From Octopus sinensis (Eukaryota): a stretch of 64,000 nucleotides of DNA. Positions 13,001-24,691 of the stretch are shown here, in pieces. The position numbers and the translations under genes were made by a program. The DNA lies in NCBI RefSeq assembly GCF_006345805.1, contig NC_043013.1, positions 55,614,001 through 55,678,000 of the forward strand, read 5' to 3'. The notes beneath the pieces were generated by a model, which worked only from the letters and a program-made list of their open reading frames with translations, did not search any database and was not told the DNA's origin. The first letter of the stretch is position 1. Each line of letters begins with the position of its first letter.

Positions 13001-15501
13001 GTAATTTTGAGAGGGGGGGGCTTGTCAATTACATTTACTCTAGTAGTTAATTAGTATTTCATTTTGTTTACTGTGAACAGATGACCTCAGCTGAATTTCA
13101 ACTCACAATACAAAGAACTAGAAGGTGGCGAGCTGGCAGAAACATTAGCGCATCAGGCGAAATGCTTAGTAGCATTTCAGGCCTTGTGCCTAGAGAAGAA
13201 AAGAATATAAAGAGCAAACAGAAATCAGTGGTTTTAATGTTCTGATGATTCTACCTTTCCATAATGTAAGTTGGCACTCAATAATTCTGATAAATATCCA
13301 AGAAGATGGAGAGGTAAAGCCATGGATCAGACTTTTATAGACCTATATATTTACCAGCTTCCAGAATAGCAATTCATAGACTATAGAGAACCTAGAGCAA
13401 TTGTTGGTCATGAAAACTACCAAAAAGAAACAAATACGAAAACCACAATTGGATTAAAATCTTAAGTGAGTATTTGCTTTAGAACAGGGATGACATTCAA
13501 CAAGAGTCAGTTTTATTACACACACATACACATACACACTCACTCACTCTCTCTCTCTCTCATAGTTTGTATGATATAATCTGAAAACAAGATATTCTAG
13601 CTAAATATATGTGAATGACTCTCAGCTCAGAGACTTCACTGTTTCTGATGTTATCAAGTTAATAATTCCATAGGTAAAGTATTTACAAGTGGTTACTAGA
13701 GGTAATCACAATCAATGAGAATCGAATTTTGATTGCAAATACAAATTAATGCCAAAAGAAATAGAATCTCTAACAATTTCTTGAGTAAGAAGATGGTTTA
13801 ATTCCTTTTGAAGTGTAATTAGCAACAGTTGGAATAAATTGGATCCAGTGACTGGTTGATGCTGTACATATCGAAATCCAGGGCTGTTTACTAACTTGAA
13901 AATATGTCTTTATTAAATGTTAGGGAAACTGTTTCTCTTTTAAAAATGGTAGGATAAACAAAATGTCAACTCCAGTCCATTCTGACCAAAAGATGAAGGA
14001 GATGATTTGGATATATAAAGCAATAGACGATGCTACTGCAGATGTCAAAGATGAAACCAAATAATAGTAAAAAGAGGCAAGGGTCACAAAATGTAGATTT
14101 ACGAAGTGGTGGTACCTTATTTACAAGGTTAATTTTCCCTAAGTAACCCCAAATAGAAACTATTCTGTATTATGTAAAATCTGTGTATAAAATTCTTTAT
14201 CATGAGCATCAAAAATGGAATTTGACAAGCGAAAGCGCTTCAAAATAATAACTTGAAAGTGTTAAGATATTAACTCATTTCTATGGACAATAATTGTTTT
14301 ACAGTTCTATATTCAATAATTGTTTTGTAATGTTTAATCACAACATGATTCTGAATCTGATATCTAATACGATATCAAATAACCACATCTAATGAAAGTT
14401 GTATACTTTTATGACGAAATCCTTTACTATTTATTTTTTATTAAATTTGATTAAAACAAGGGTTATGATGACTTAATCCCACTAATGATGTAACTGGAAT
14501 CAACTAATTAATTTATGATGCAACAGAATTCCACTGAAAAGTACATTTTGTTTCTTTTAAATCAATAAAAAGGGAATTGTAGGAAGTGAAGCAATCAAAA
14601 GACTTTCCTTTATAAATAAACAATGATTGTTGGCAGTTGGGAATATTTTACCAAAATATTGTTTTTAAAAATAATGATCTTTGATCTTTGCTTGAAGCAA
14701 AATAAGTCTTAAGGAATCAGGAAGGACTTTTTACAAAATTAAAAGAAAATAAGAACATATTCCCTTGAATCTCTGTAAAAATAATTTGGATTTGTTTAAA
14801 TATCTCTTCATTTTCCGACAATTACAAATAGTGTCTGTAATATATGTAAATGGAATCCTTCATGTCAATGCCTATGTGAATGTATACATGTGTGTGTTGT
14901 GTGTGTGTTGTGTGTGTGTGTGTGTGTGTGTGTGCCTTAGGATAATTGCAATGGAAATTGAGTTTAAAATCCCGTTTATATTGTCTTTAAACTTTCATAA
15001 CAAGACGTAACATTTCAACAATAGCTCCATTATATTTTCTATTGTATTAAAAAAATTGTATTAAATGCTCTTTCCTAACACTTTTCGTATCAGAGTTGAT
15101 GAATTGTTTGTTGGTTTGTATCTGTCAAATTCATTTGAAATTTTGATAAATAAAATGTTTTGGTGATGTTTTTTCTTTTATATTAAGTATTTATCCAGAT
15201 TACAAAGTTATTATGTCTTGCAAATAGAGAAGTAAATCTAAGACAACTAATTTGTTCAACCTCATCAAAGCCAAAGCAAATTTTCACTCTTCAGATCTTC
15301 ACCATTTCTTCAATGTTTTTGTGCAGAATTCTTTTAATTCAACGACAAATTCCTCAATAGTTTCCCATGGATACATTTTTTATAAGTTTCACATTGTGAA
15401 AATAAATTATTTCTTACTTAATCCCTGCAAACTAGATTAAATAGTGAGGGGCCCTGGTAAAATTATCTCATGATAGGACAAAAAAAGACATAAGTTGAAT
15501 T

Positions 15502-15790
15502 CAGTTCTATAACCACTAAGCCATATGCCCGTGGGCATATGGCATAGTAGTTAAGAGCGCGGACTACTAACCCAAGATTCCGAGTTCGATTCCAGGCAGT
15601 GACCTAAATAATAATAATAACAATAATAATAATAACAATAACATGGAAAAATACTTTAGGAATGAGAACCCAGGTTCAAAATTTCCCCAAAACACCTGAT
15701 GAAGGCTGGAGGGTATATCAGCTGAAACGTTGTGTTAACAACAAACAAGATGTAGACAAATATCCGTCAATTGTAAATAATGTAAATAAG
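15502..15790 (+). mobile_element. tRNA-headed SINE with 5' hairpin and Penelope-like hammerhead tail
   Basis: A-box tggcatagtagtt (15540-15552), B-box gagttcgattcc (~15581-15592), (AAT)n linker, then a tail containing CTGATGA...GAAA and ending gtaaataatgtaaataa. Second copy at 48949-49243 (-). Confidence 0.8.
15691..15736 (+). ncRNA. Minimal type I hammerhead ribozyme-like motif
   Basis: AACAC-CTGATGA-A-GGCTG-gagggtatat-CAGCT-GAAA-CG-T-T-GTGTT. Stem I AACAC/GTGTT is perfect, stem II GGCTG/CAGCT closes with G-U, helix III is the palindromic ACGU, and the putative cleavage triplet is GUU. Confidence 0.65.
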
Positions 15791-16052
15791 AAATAGAATT
15801 GGTGGAAATATTACCCTATTGATTCCAGGGAGACAGTCATGAAATGTCTCCTGTGATGCTGGAGCAATGTTGCATTGATCTTATGGTTTCCATGTTTTTA
15901 GATACTCATTAATCCTTGGATTTTTCCTAATCTGGATTACTAACAGGATTTGAAGATATACTGAATATGCTGTTCTATGAAATACTTAGAAAGACCATTC
16001 CAAAGTTAGATAACAAAGAACTTTTATGATTTTGATGGTTCTATTTATAACT

Positions 16053-16292
16053 GTGCGGAGGCGCATGGCTTAGTGGTTAGGATGTTGAACTCATGATCAT
16101 ATGGTTCTGTTTTCAATTCCTGGACCGGGCGATGTGTTGTGTTCTTGAGCAAAACACGTCATTTTCATGTTGCTCCAGTCTACTCAGCTAGCAAAAATGA
16201 GTAATCCTGTGATAGACCGGCGTCCCGTCCAGGTGTGGAATTTCTACACCACTGAAACCAGGAAACCGGCCCTTATGAGCCTGGCATGGCTT
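16053..16292 (+). mobile_element. tRNA-derived SINE with CORE-like central block
   Basis: Head ggcgcatggcttagtggttaggatg...ttcaattcc; centre gttcttgagcaaaacac...ttgctccagtctactcagct; 3' block ccggcgtcccgtccagg...ccggcccttatgag shared with 24135-24465. Relatives at ~9885-10055 (+) and ~27640-27895 (-). Confidence 0.8.
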
Positions 16293-16957
16293 GAGAAGGA
16301 ATATTTATTTATTTATAACAATAGAACTCTGTTCCACTTTACTATGACATATAAGAAGGTTAAACAATGGCACTACCAATTTTACTGATGTGTTAACTTT
16401 CTATAATTAATTTTTTACTTGACACTCTTTAGAAATCCCGTTATCTGGCTTGGACTAAGAGTTAGTTTTACTTTTGATATCATTGCCATGCAAGACAGAT
16501 AATAGTGAAATAAATTTAATCCTATATGAAGAATATGCTTACCAAGGGTAAGTAGTAAGTTTGGATTTAAGACAATGAAATCTAAAAGCTGTTTATTGGG
16601 GGTTGCGATGGGGGCTGTGTGTTTGATTGATACTTTGGTAGGTATTAATATAACATTTAAAGACAGTGTCAATAAATTGTAAGGAGAGATGGAAACTGCT
16701 TAAATTGTAGAAGCCGTCTTGACATTAATTCACAAATAATCAATAACAAGAAGTTAAACACCCTGAATTAAGGATGTTGTATTAAAACTATATTTAAAGG
16801 TAAATCAATGAATCAGTCACTATATATATATATATATGTGATTGGAAAATAAAATAGAAATTTTGTAAAGTGTTACGAGTGAACTAGGGTTTAAATGCAG
16901 TTATTATAACAAAATAGAATTCCGAGGGGAAAAATGTGTTTTTAATTATAGGGATAC

Positions 16958-18676
16958 CATCATCATCATCATCATCGTGCAGATGGCTGCACCAGGCTCT
17001 AATCTTGATCTGGCAGAGTTTCTACAGCTGGATGCCCTTCCTAACGCCAACCACTCCGAGAGTGTAGTGGGTGCTTTTTATGTGACACCAGCACAGGGGC
17101 CAGTCAGGCGGTACTCGCTCGAATCTTTTACACGTACCACCGGCACAGGTGCCAGTGAAGCGATGTTGTTAATGATCATGCTCGAATGGCGCCCTAGTTA
17201 CGTGCTACGGGTACGGAAGCCAGTTGGCTGCTCTGGCAACAATCACGCTCGGATGGTGCTCTTGGCACCCTACTAGCACAGGCATGAGTGCCAGTAAGGT
17301 GAAGCTGGTAACGATCATACTCGAATAGCCGCTCTGTCAACGATAACACTCATATGGTGCTCTTTGCACTCCACTAGCACAGATGCCAGTCATCGAATTG
17401 ATTTTGATTTCGATTTCACTTGCCTCAACAGGTCTTCGCAAGCAGGGGTTAATGACCAAAGAAGGAAAAGGTACGCATAAGCGGGCTGGTTAAGCTCCTG
17501 GCATAGGCCACAGGTTATGGTCTCATTTGGCTTGCCAAGTCTTCTCAAGCGCAGCATTTTTCCAAAAGTCTCAGTCGCTAGTCATTTCCTTGGTGAGGCC
17601 TAATGTTCGATGGTCATGCTTCACCACTTCATCCCAGGTCTTCCTGGGTCTACCTCTTCCGCAGGTTCCCTCAACCACTAGGGTGTCGAACTTTTTCACA
17701 CAGCTATCCTCATCCATTCTTGCCACATGATCATACCAGCGCAAACGTCTCTCTTGCAAACCACATCTAATGCTTCTTAGGTCCAACTTTTCTCTTAAGG
17801 TACTTACATTCTGCCGAGTATGCACACTGACATTACACATCCATCGGATCATACTGGCTTCATTCCTTGTGAGCTTACGCATGTCCTCAACAGTCACAAC
17901 CCATGTTTCACTGCTGTGTAGCATGGCTGTTCGTACACATGCATCATACAGTCTACCTTTTACTCTGAGCGAGAGGCCCTTTGTCACCAGCAAAGGTAAG
18001 AGCTCTCTGATCTTTGCCCAAGCTATTCTTATTCTAGCAGCTACACTTTCAGCTCACCTTCCTTCGCTACTGATTTGGTCACCTAGATATCGGAAGCTAT
18101 CAACTACATCTAGTTTTTCTCCCTGGAATGTGGCGGAAGTTGGTCTCTGCGCATTTCCAGTGTTTATCCCTCCCGAGCATCTGCCACATACAAAAACTAT
18201 CTTCCCAGTTAGCCTTCCTTTGATATTACTGCACCTCTTATGTGTCCATAGCTTACACTGGGTACATCTTATAGAGTTTCTACCTATGCCTCTACAACAG
18301 ATCAAGCAGGGCCATCTACCTGAAGGGATTTGTGGTTTGCCTGCCTTCCTACTTATTAGGACTTTAGTTTTAGCTAGGTTGATTTTAAGGCCCTTCGATT
18401 CTAACCCTTGTTTCCACACTTGAAACTTCTCCTCTAGTTTTGATAGTGACTCAGAAATTAGAGCAAGGTCATCAGCATAGAGGAGCTCCCAGGGGCATCC
18501 TGTCTTGAATTCCTCTGTTATTACCTGGAGGACTATGATAAATAGGAGGGGGGCTGAGGACTGAACCCTGGTGGACCCCAACCTCTACCTTGAATTCTTC
18601 AGTGTACTCATTGCCAACCCTTACCTTACTTACAGCGTCCCTGTACATGGCTTGCACAGCTCTCACTAACCATTCA
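16958..18676 (-). mobile_element. 5'-truncated RTE/RTEX-type LINE (RT C-terminal half, frameshifted) with 3' UTR and (GAT)n tail
   Basis: ORFs 18472-18666, 18054-18581 and 17571-17993 give VHQGSVLSP, PWELLYADDLALI, a C4HC3-type Cys/His cluster, and MLHSSETW...RLRWYDHVARM...GRGRPRKTW. The tandem-repeat UTR and catcatcat tail lie at 16958-17420. Confidence 0.95.
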
Positions 18677-19028
18677 GCTCTCTATATTTATCAAGTATGA
18701 AATGGAAGACACAAGAAAATTGTTTAATAAAGGCAATGGATAGGTAAAGGAGAAAATGCTGGAATTCTTGGTAGTAATTTTAAGGTAGAGACCTCCATAG
18801 AAACAATCAGGAGATAAGTGGGACAAATCCATTGAGCTTTTTATAAACTATAGAGTTCTGTACAATTACTGACTTTCAAAAACTTCTCTGATAAAAAAGA
18901 TGGTGGAGTTAGAAATATGTAAATGGTTGCAGCATAGTGATGGTGAAACTTCAATGACAAAAATTGCGAAGCAAACAGTCTCTCTTATTCGTTTTCAATA
19001 ATCAATAACATCATTTAAGTTAGTCTTT

Positions 19029-19254
19029 CAGTGTAGCAACTACATAAACTTGTTAGTGAAGCCGACCGCGTGTGTATCGTTGGCGATGTTTTTCCTCCGT
19101 CTTCCCTTCTTTGGATCTTTCCTTTTCCTATGTTTCTGACAAAGTGCTCCGCTTGAAATGTTGAATCCTCCTTCTTTCCTTCTTTCCTGAGCGTCCAATA
19201 ATATTATACTTGTTCCATGTCCTCGCGTTGTTGTGTTTTCATGTTTGGATTAAC
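19029..19254 (+). mobile_element. Penelope-like 3' terminal repeat remnant with degenerate hammerhead motif
   Basis: gttt-CTGACAA-A-GTGC-tcc-GCTT-GAAA-TG-T-T-gaat at 19132-19166 has the same layout as the 60.8 kb motif, with CpG-type decay. The element ends in AAC followed by (TA)n. Confidence 0.45.
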
Positions 19255-19744
19255 TATATATATATATATATATCTGCCACAGAACCTCTCAAAACTAGAC
19301 ACCAATATCAAATTAGGTTACCTATGAAGAAATATCAAAGTGAATCCCATGAATCTACAGACATTTTCCACTGAAGGACAATTCGGAATAATGAGACTAA
19401 GATATAAGAAATTCACAATTGAGCATAACAAATGTGCATTCCCATCATTAGCTTCCCAAATAGATGGAGAGACAGAGAGAGAGAGAGAGAGTGAGCAATC
19501 TGTATATCTTACTTGTTGTGATTATATATTGTAAGAATGCCATAATATTGTTGTATCTGTTTTGAGAGAGCATCTCAAATAGACATATAGTGCTAAAAAG
19601 CACAGAAATATCAGTGGTAGATGAAAAATGCTGAGCAGTCATGGTCGAATTGCTAGATCTAGGAATTTCTGCATACATGCACATCATCAGTAGCAAATAT
19701 CCTCCATCTGCTACATGATTAGGGAGCATTTTGTGTATGTCTGT

Positions 19745-20035
19745 CTAACTATCTCGTCCTGCAGGATACCCTAAGACTGTTTCCACATGTTCTCCCCATT
19801 CATCCCGATCTTCCATAATGGTCCTCAGCTCCTGTACCCTTTCCATACCAGTACCCTCCGACAAGTTCTTGATATAGGTCGTCTTCCTCCTTCCGTTAGT
19901 TGCCAGAGCACTTGTTAGTAATTTCATCCATGTGTCTGATGCAGTGTGCAACTAGCCTCATCTTTCCATGTTGTATCATCAATGTTACTTTTGGTGGTCC
20001 CTGGAAAGAAAAACAGCAGTTAACCAATGATTGGG
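19745..20035 (-). mobile_element. RTE-type LINE ORF2 C-terminal fragment (family distinct from the 17 kb element)
   Basis: GKMRLVAHCIRHMDE (ORF 19896-20192) frameshifts to GRRKTTYIKNLSEGTGMERVQELRTIMEDRDEW (ORF 19745-19951), typical of the RTE ORF2 end. Confidence 0.7.
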
Positions 20036-21289
20036 GAAATTTGCCTAAGCATGCAGTTGGGAGTGGATATTTGCTATTGACAATGCACAAATACACAGAA
20101 ATCCCAGAATCTACCAATTCCATTGCTACTGCTGGACACTTTTCAATTGCTTCTGTTACTTCTATGATTTTTAGCACTATATGTCTCAACACGATGCCTT
20201 CTCAAGATGAATGCCATGATATTATGGTGTTCTTACATTATATCCATATTAAGTAAGATGTACATATTGCTATTTCGAACTAATACAGCTTCCATCATTA
20301 ATAACAAATAAATTTATATGTATTTATATAATATATATATATATATCATGTATTATAGCTGGGTTAGGTAAGTATCTGATGAAGCGCCATTCCTTGCTGT
20401 TCAGTCACGTATAAAGTTATACAAGTGTTGTATAATCTATTTACACATAGTCATTTATATGTATTATATAAATTTTATTAAAACAATTTTAACAAATATT
20501 AAATTTATGTACAATTGATACCTTCATCTTCTTCTCTGCTAGTTATTAATAGGTAGAAAGATTGACAGACAGATATATATTACATTGAGAGATATATTAG
20601 GCAGATAAAATAGATAAATGTACAGACAAACACACACACTTGTACATAATACCCAATAATTTCTGTCCATTGAAGCAGAAATATCTTAAAGTTTGTATGT
20701 CAGCTTTTAGACCCAATTACTTTATCAATATAACTATTCCACTCAAGAATTGTGATGTTATAATTTACTGAAATATGAATAGCGAAGACAGACAAACTAG
20801 AATGAGTGGTTAGCAAAGATATCAAAACGATCTTGGAGATTTTGTGATATGAAATTGCAATGAATTTGATTAGGTAAAGAAAGCTTTATTATATAAGAAA
20901 TATATTTGTTACCACATGTTATAGAGTACACTGCAGTATGAAGAACATGCATCGTGAAGAAATAATTGCTTCTGTAAAAGATAATTCTACTAAGTATACA
21001 CAAACAAAGGTAAATTAAGATTTGGGGAGGAGGTGGAGAGTGTAGGGTGTTGTACATCACAGGTGAGATGACACAGATAGGGCAGTAGATTATTAAACAG
21101 ACTTGTACAAACTATGAACATGGATAAGCAAATAAAGATAAAATTGATCGCTTTAGAGTTTTATTTCGATTCTGTACACAAGGAAAGTTTATGGTTTATC
21201 TGATGAATGACGTCGCTTTCTCGATGAGGAATATTATACAAAATTACTGATAAACGCAACTTGGCGTCATAATAGTGAAGCTAATATAC

Positions 21290-21300
21290 ATACACACATA

Positions 21301-21346
<46 letters not shown>

Positions 21347-21521
21347 ATATAAACAGCTATATATATGCATATGCACATATGCATATATACATGTATATGT
21401 AAGTGTGTATGTATATGTATATATCTATGCACAAGTGTATATCTATATATATAGATATATATATATATATGTGCGTATATATATATATGTATGTATGTGT
21501 GTATATATATATGCATGTATG

Positions 21522-21565
<44 letters not shown>

Positions 21566-21627
21566 TATATAAATATATGTATACATATAGATATAAATAT
21601 ATGTATGTATACATATTTATGTATGCA

Positions 21628-21656
<29 letters not shown>
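21290..21656. repeat. Compound (TA)n/(TATG)n/(CA)n microsatellite
   Basis: Directly visible; explains ORFs 21244-21654, 21357-21695 and 21403-21726. Confidence 0.98.
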
Positions 21657-21658
<2 letters not shown>

Positions 21659-22564
21659 CTCTAATTGTTAGCTGGCTTTCATTGTTGTGGCACAAGCAAT
21701 ATATTTTTCTGCTGCTTTGTCAATAAATTACTTTTGTACTTATCTAACTCTTTATACAGAAATGTGAAGTTTTCTTTAAATTCATTTCCTGTCTATTCTC
21801 TTAGATGAATAAACGCTTGTATCTAGAATTCCTAGTATCTTCATAAACTTTAGAAATATGCTAAATGCTGTTGGACAAACAATAGAAGATAATATATTTC
21901 TTGAAATATAACTAATATCGGATTTCCAGTGCTGTGTAGATGCCTTCACTATTAATCTACGTATGTAACGGCTAATGTTTGCTATTCGCTACTGTGTTGT
22001 TTGCCATGTATGTTCAACATACCATTCTAGACTGTGTATATCAATTCTTTATTTGGTTTGTTGTCTTTAAGTAGCTTCATTAATGTCTGTATTTGTCATA
22101 AGCAATCAGCAATATTTTCATTAAGTTGTTTTCTTTCTTTTAACCATGTATTCTTCAAACATTCTGTCAGATGAAATTCACACCATATCCTAACTGTTTA
22201 CATTTGTTTTGTTCGTGTCCTCATAACAGATTTTTATCCGACATATTTCCATTTTTAGTAATCAACATTATTGGAATAGCCTTATTCTTGCAGTTAGAGA
22301 AAATATTCTTATGTTTTCATGTTTACAAAGTAGGTAATGAAATGCCAAACCAACATATCAACAACTTATTTGATTTAAATATATGTTTGATTAATTGCAA
22401 AGAATTACAATGACTTGTTGAGAAATGTTGTTTTGTTAAGAAAACTAACATTGAATCTAAGCAAAAATAAATCAAGTGTAATTCTTTGGAATTGGTGATG
22501 CCCTGTCTGTTATTCTAAAACAGTTACGTTTACAACTTGATCCTTGTATTCACTAAATATTTTA

Positions 22565-22770
22565 ACCCTTTAGCATCTAAACTGGCCACATCCGATCCAA
22601 ATATTTCAACCTGTTTCAACTGGCCGGATCTGGCCTCTCACACCAACCCTATAATGTTCCAAAAGTATACAATCACATCATTGAAATCTTGAAGCTATAA
22701 GATAATGCATGATTAATTCAAGACAAAGTGAATAAATAAGTATTACATTTAACAAAGTAATCTCAGATTT
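22565..22770 (-). mobile_element. MITE, truncated copy of the 49406-49625 family
   Basis: Begins TTAA-CCCTTTAGCAT and aligns in reverse with 49406-49625; the other terminus is missing. Confidence 0.6.
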
Positions 22771-23349
22771 CAAGTGATGCCATTGCCAACCTTTGGCCCA
22801 TTTTTTGGACAATGATATTTCTAATCTGAAGTATAAGACTGTTTTCCATCTGTGAAATCTTTCTCTTCTCACAGACCACCAATGCAGTTTTTTGTAAAAA
22901 CTACCTTCAGAGTCTATCTATATTTCATGTCACACATCAGGAGAATCCTTCTTTTGAAATATTTGTGATAAATAAATATAAATGGAAGTCCACTTTCTGC
23001 TCTCCTCTAACCTATTTAAGAATTATAATTGGCATTTTTCAAAAAAAATTGTTTTTTCGGATTCCTACGTTTTAGATGTTGGAGATTACGAATATGCAAA
23101 AAGAAAAACTTTTTTTAAATTTCAGCCCCACCGCCCCCAATTAAATTTTTTGATTTTATTTACTTTAAAGAGATCGTAGCGAATTGAAGAACATATGCAA
23201 ATTGAAATTAAATACAAGCAAAAACATTAAAGTAAGAAGAATTAGCATTTTATGTGTTTGCCTTAAATTAATCGTAAATAATAATATAATGTAAATTAAA
23301 TATACACCACATCCCCATGTGAGACATTTTAAGAGGAAAAAGAAACATT

Positions 23350-23990
23350 AATATTGGTTAATGTTTACATCTTGATCTGGAAATGAAAATCCAAAAACAA
23401 TACTGGAATGGGTGTAAAACTTTGGAAAATTCACAAGATTCAAGTTTTTCCCTCATAACCAGAGAAAGAGAGAGAGAGAGAGAGAGAGCGAAAGTGATAA
23501 GGAGTGAATGAAAATAAAGACAAAGGGTTAAAAAAGCGTAAAAATAAAAGATAAAATGAAACAAAATTGAAGGCAAAACATTAAAAGTTATTTAAAGTGG
23601 ATATATATAAACACTACATAGTGTAGTACAATGCAAGGGTATCTGTAGAAAGTTGAATATGATTTCGGAATATAACGCGGAAAATTCGAATCTTGGAAAT
23701 TTTCCGAAAGTCCTCTCCCCACCCCCTTGGAAAAGATTTTCCACACAAGTTTCTTTATAATCGTTATGTATGGCGTTTAAAAGATATGTCTATAAAATTT
23801 TATCGAAAAAAACCCATTTTCGTAAAAATTACAAGGGAAAAGCTCGGACCTTGTGAATTTTCCAAAGTCCTCTCCCCACCCTTCTGTTGCTTTGCGCACA
23901 TTTCTTCTTCCATATTTGTTTCCTACACATTGTTTAACACCCATTCCAGTATTGTTTTAAGATTTTCATTTCCACCTTAATATTTAATAA
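23350..23990. repeat. Module A fragments in inverted arrangement
   Basis: 23350-23460 (ggaaatgaaaatc..aaacaatactggaatggg...ttggaaaattcacaag) is inverted relative to 23820-23990; 23690-23990 is the reverse complement homologue of 6910-7200. Confidence 0.65.
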
Positions 23991-24134
23991 TTAATGTTAA
24001 AAAGTTTAATAAGGGGCTCAAATTTCACCCCCTCCCCCAATTTCAAATTTTGAACTTTTTCATCCATTTATTTATTTGTCTGTCAATCCATTTATCCCTA
24101 TCCATTTATTCATAAAATATATTTGTCAACTAAA

Positions 24135-24465
24135 TGTGGCGGTCCAACAGAAGACGGTGTTACTGTTGTTCTTAGCCCCAGGAAGACATTTTGTTAATTC
24201 TTTCTTGAGCCACACCTGACTCATAAGGGCTGGTTTCCCAGTTTCCTTGGCGTATAGGTTCCCCACCTGGATGGGACGCCGGTCCGTCGCAGGTGAGCTG
24301 CAAAATGCAGGAGGAAAGAGTGAGAGAAAGTTGTGGCAAAAGAGTCAGCAGAAATTCGCGTGGAGCTTAGGTGTTTTCGCTCATAAACACACACATCACA
24401 CGATCTGAGATTCGAACCTGCAGTCCCTAGACCGCGATTTCGCTGCTCTAACCACTAGGAAGGCA
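24135..24465 (-). mobile_element. tRNA-derived SINE
   Basis: Reverse complement reads ctagtggttagagcagcg...ggttcgaatctc (A/B boxes), then gacggaccggcgtcccatccaggtgggg...ccagcccttatgagtcagg, shared with the 16.2 kb SINE. Confidence 0.85.
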
Positions 24466-24691
24466 TTCACATCTCTCTTTATACACCTATGTATATGCTT
24501 ATGGAATTTAAAAGTTTCAAAACGTGGTTTCTGGCATATCCAGAATCTACGTCATCTAAAACAAAAGAGAAAAAAAAAATTTCAAAGAAGTTCAAAATTT
24601 TAAATGGGAGTGGGAAGGGGTGGTGTTTGGGGGTGGGGTGTTAATTTTTTTTTTTTGCATATTCATAATCTCTGACATCTAAAGCGTAGGA

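Noticed and set aside
10198-14250. Very old LINE-like peptide traces (IYLDGQQV..HLG at ~10200, minus-strand APE-like at ~10600, APE-like at ~11650 and ~14000-14200)
   Set aside because: Too short and degraded to assign with confidence; noted only as probable ancient LINE debris.
15540-15603. tRNA gene
   Set aside because: A/B boxes are present but the acceptor stem does not close, and the sequence continues into a repeat body seen twice; it is a SINE head.
16460-16547. Plus-strand exon candidate ending YEEYAYQG|gtaagt
   Set aside because: The donor is good but the acceptor is ambiguous and no protein is recognisable.
20370-20420. CTGATGAAGCG hammerhead-like start (similarly at ~21199)
   Set aside because: No GAAA or stem II partner downstream.
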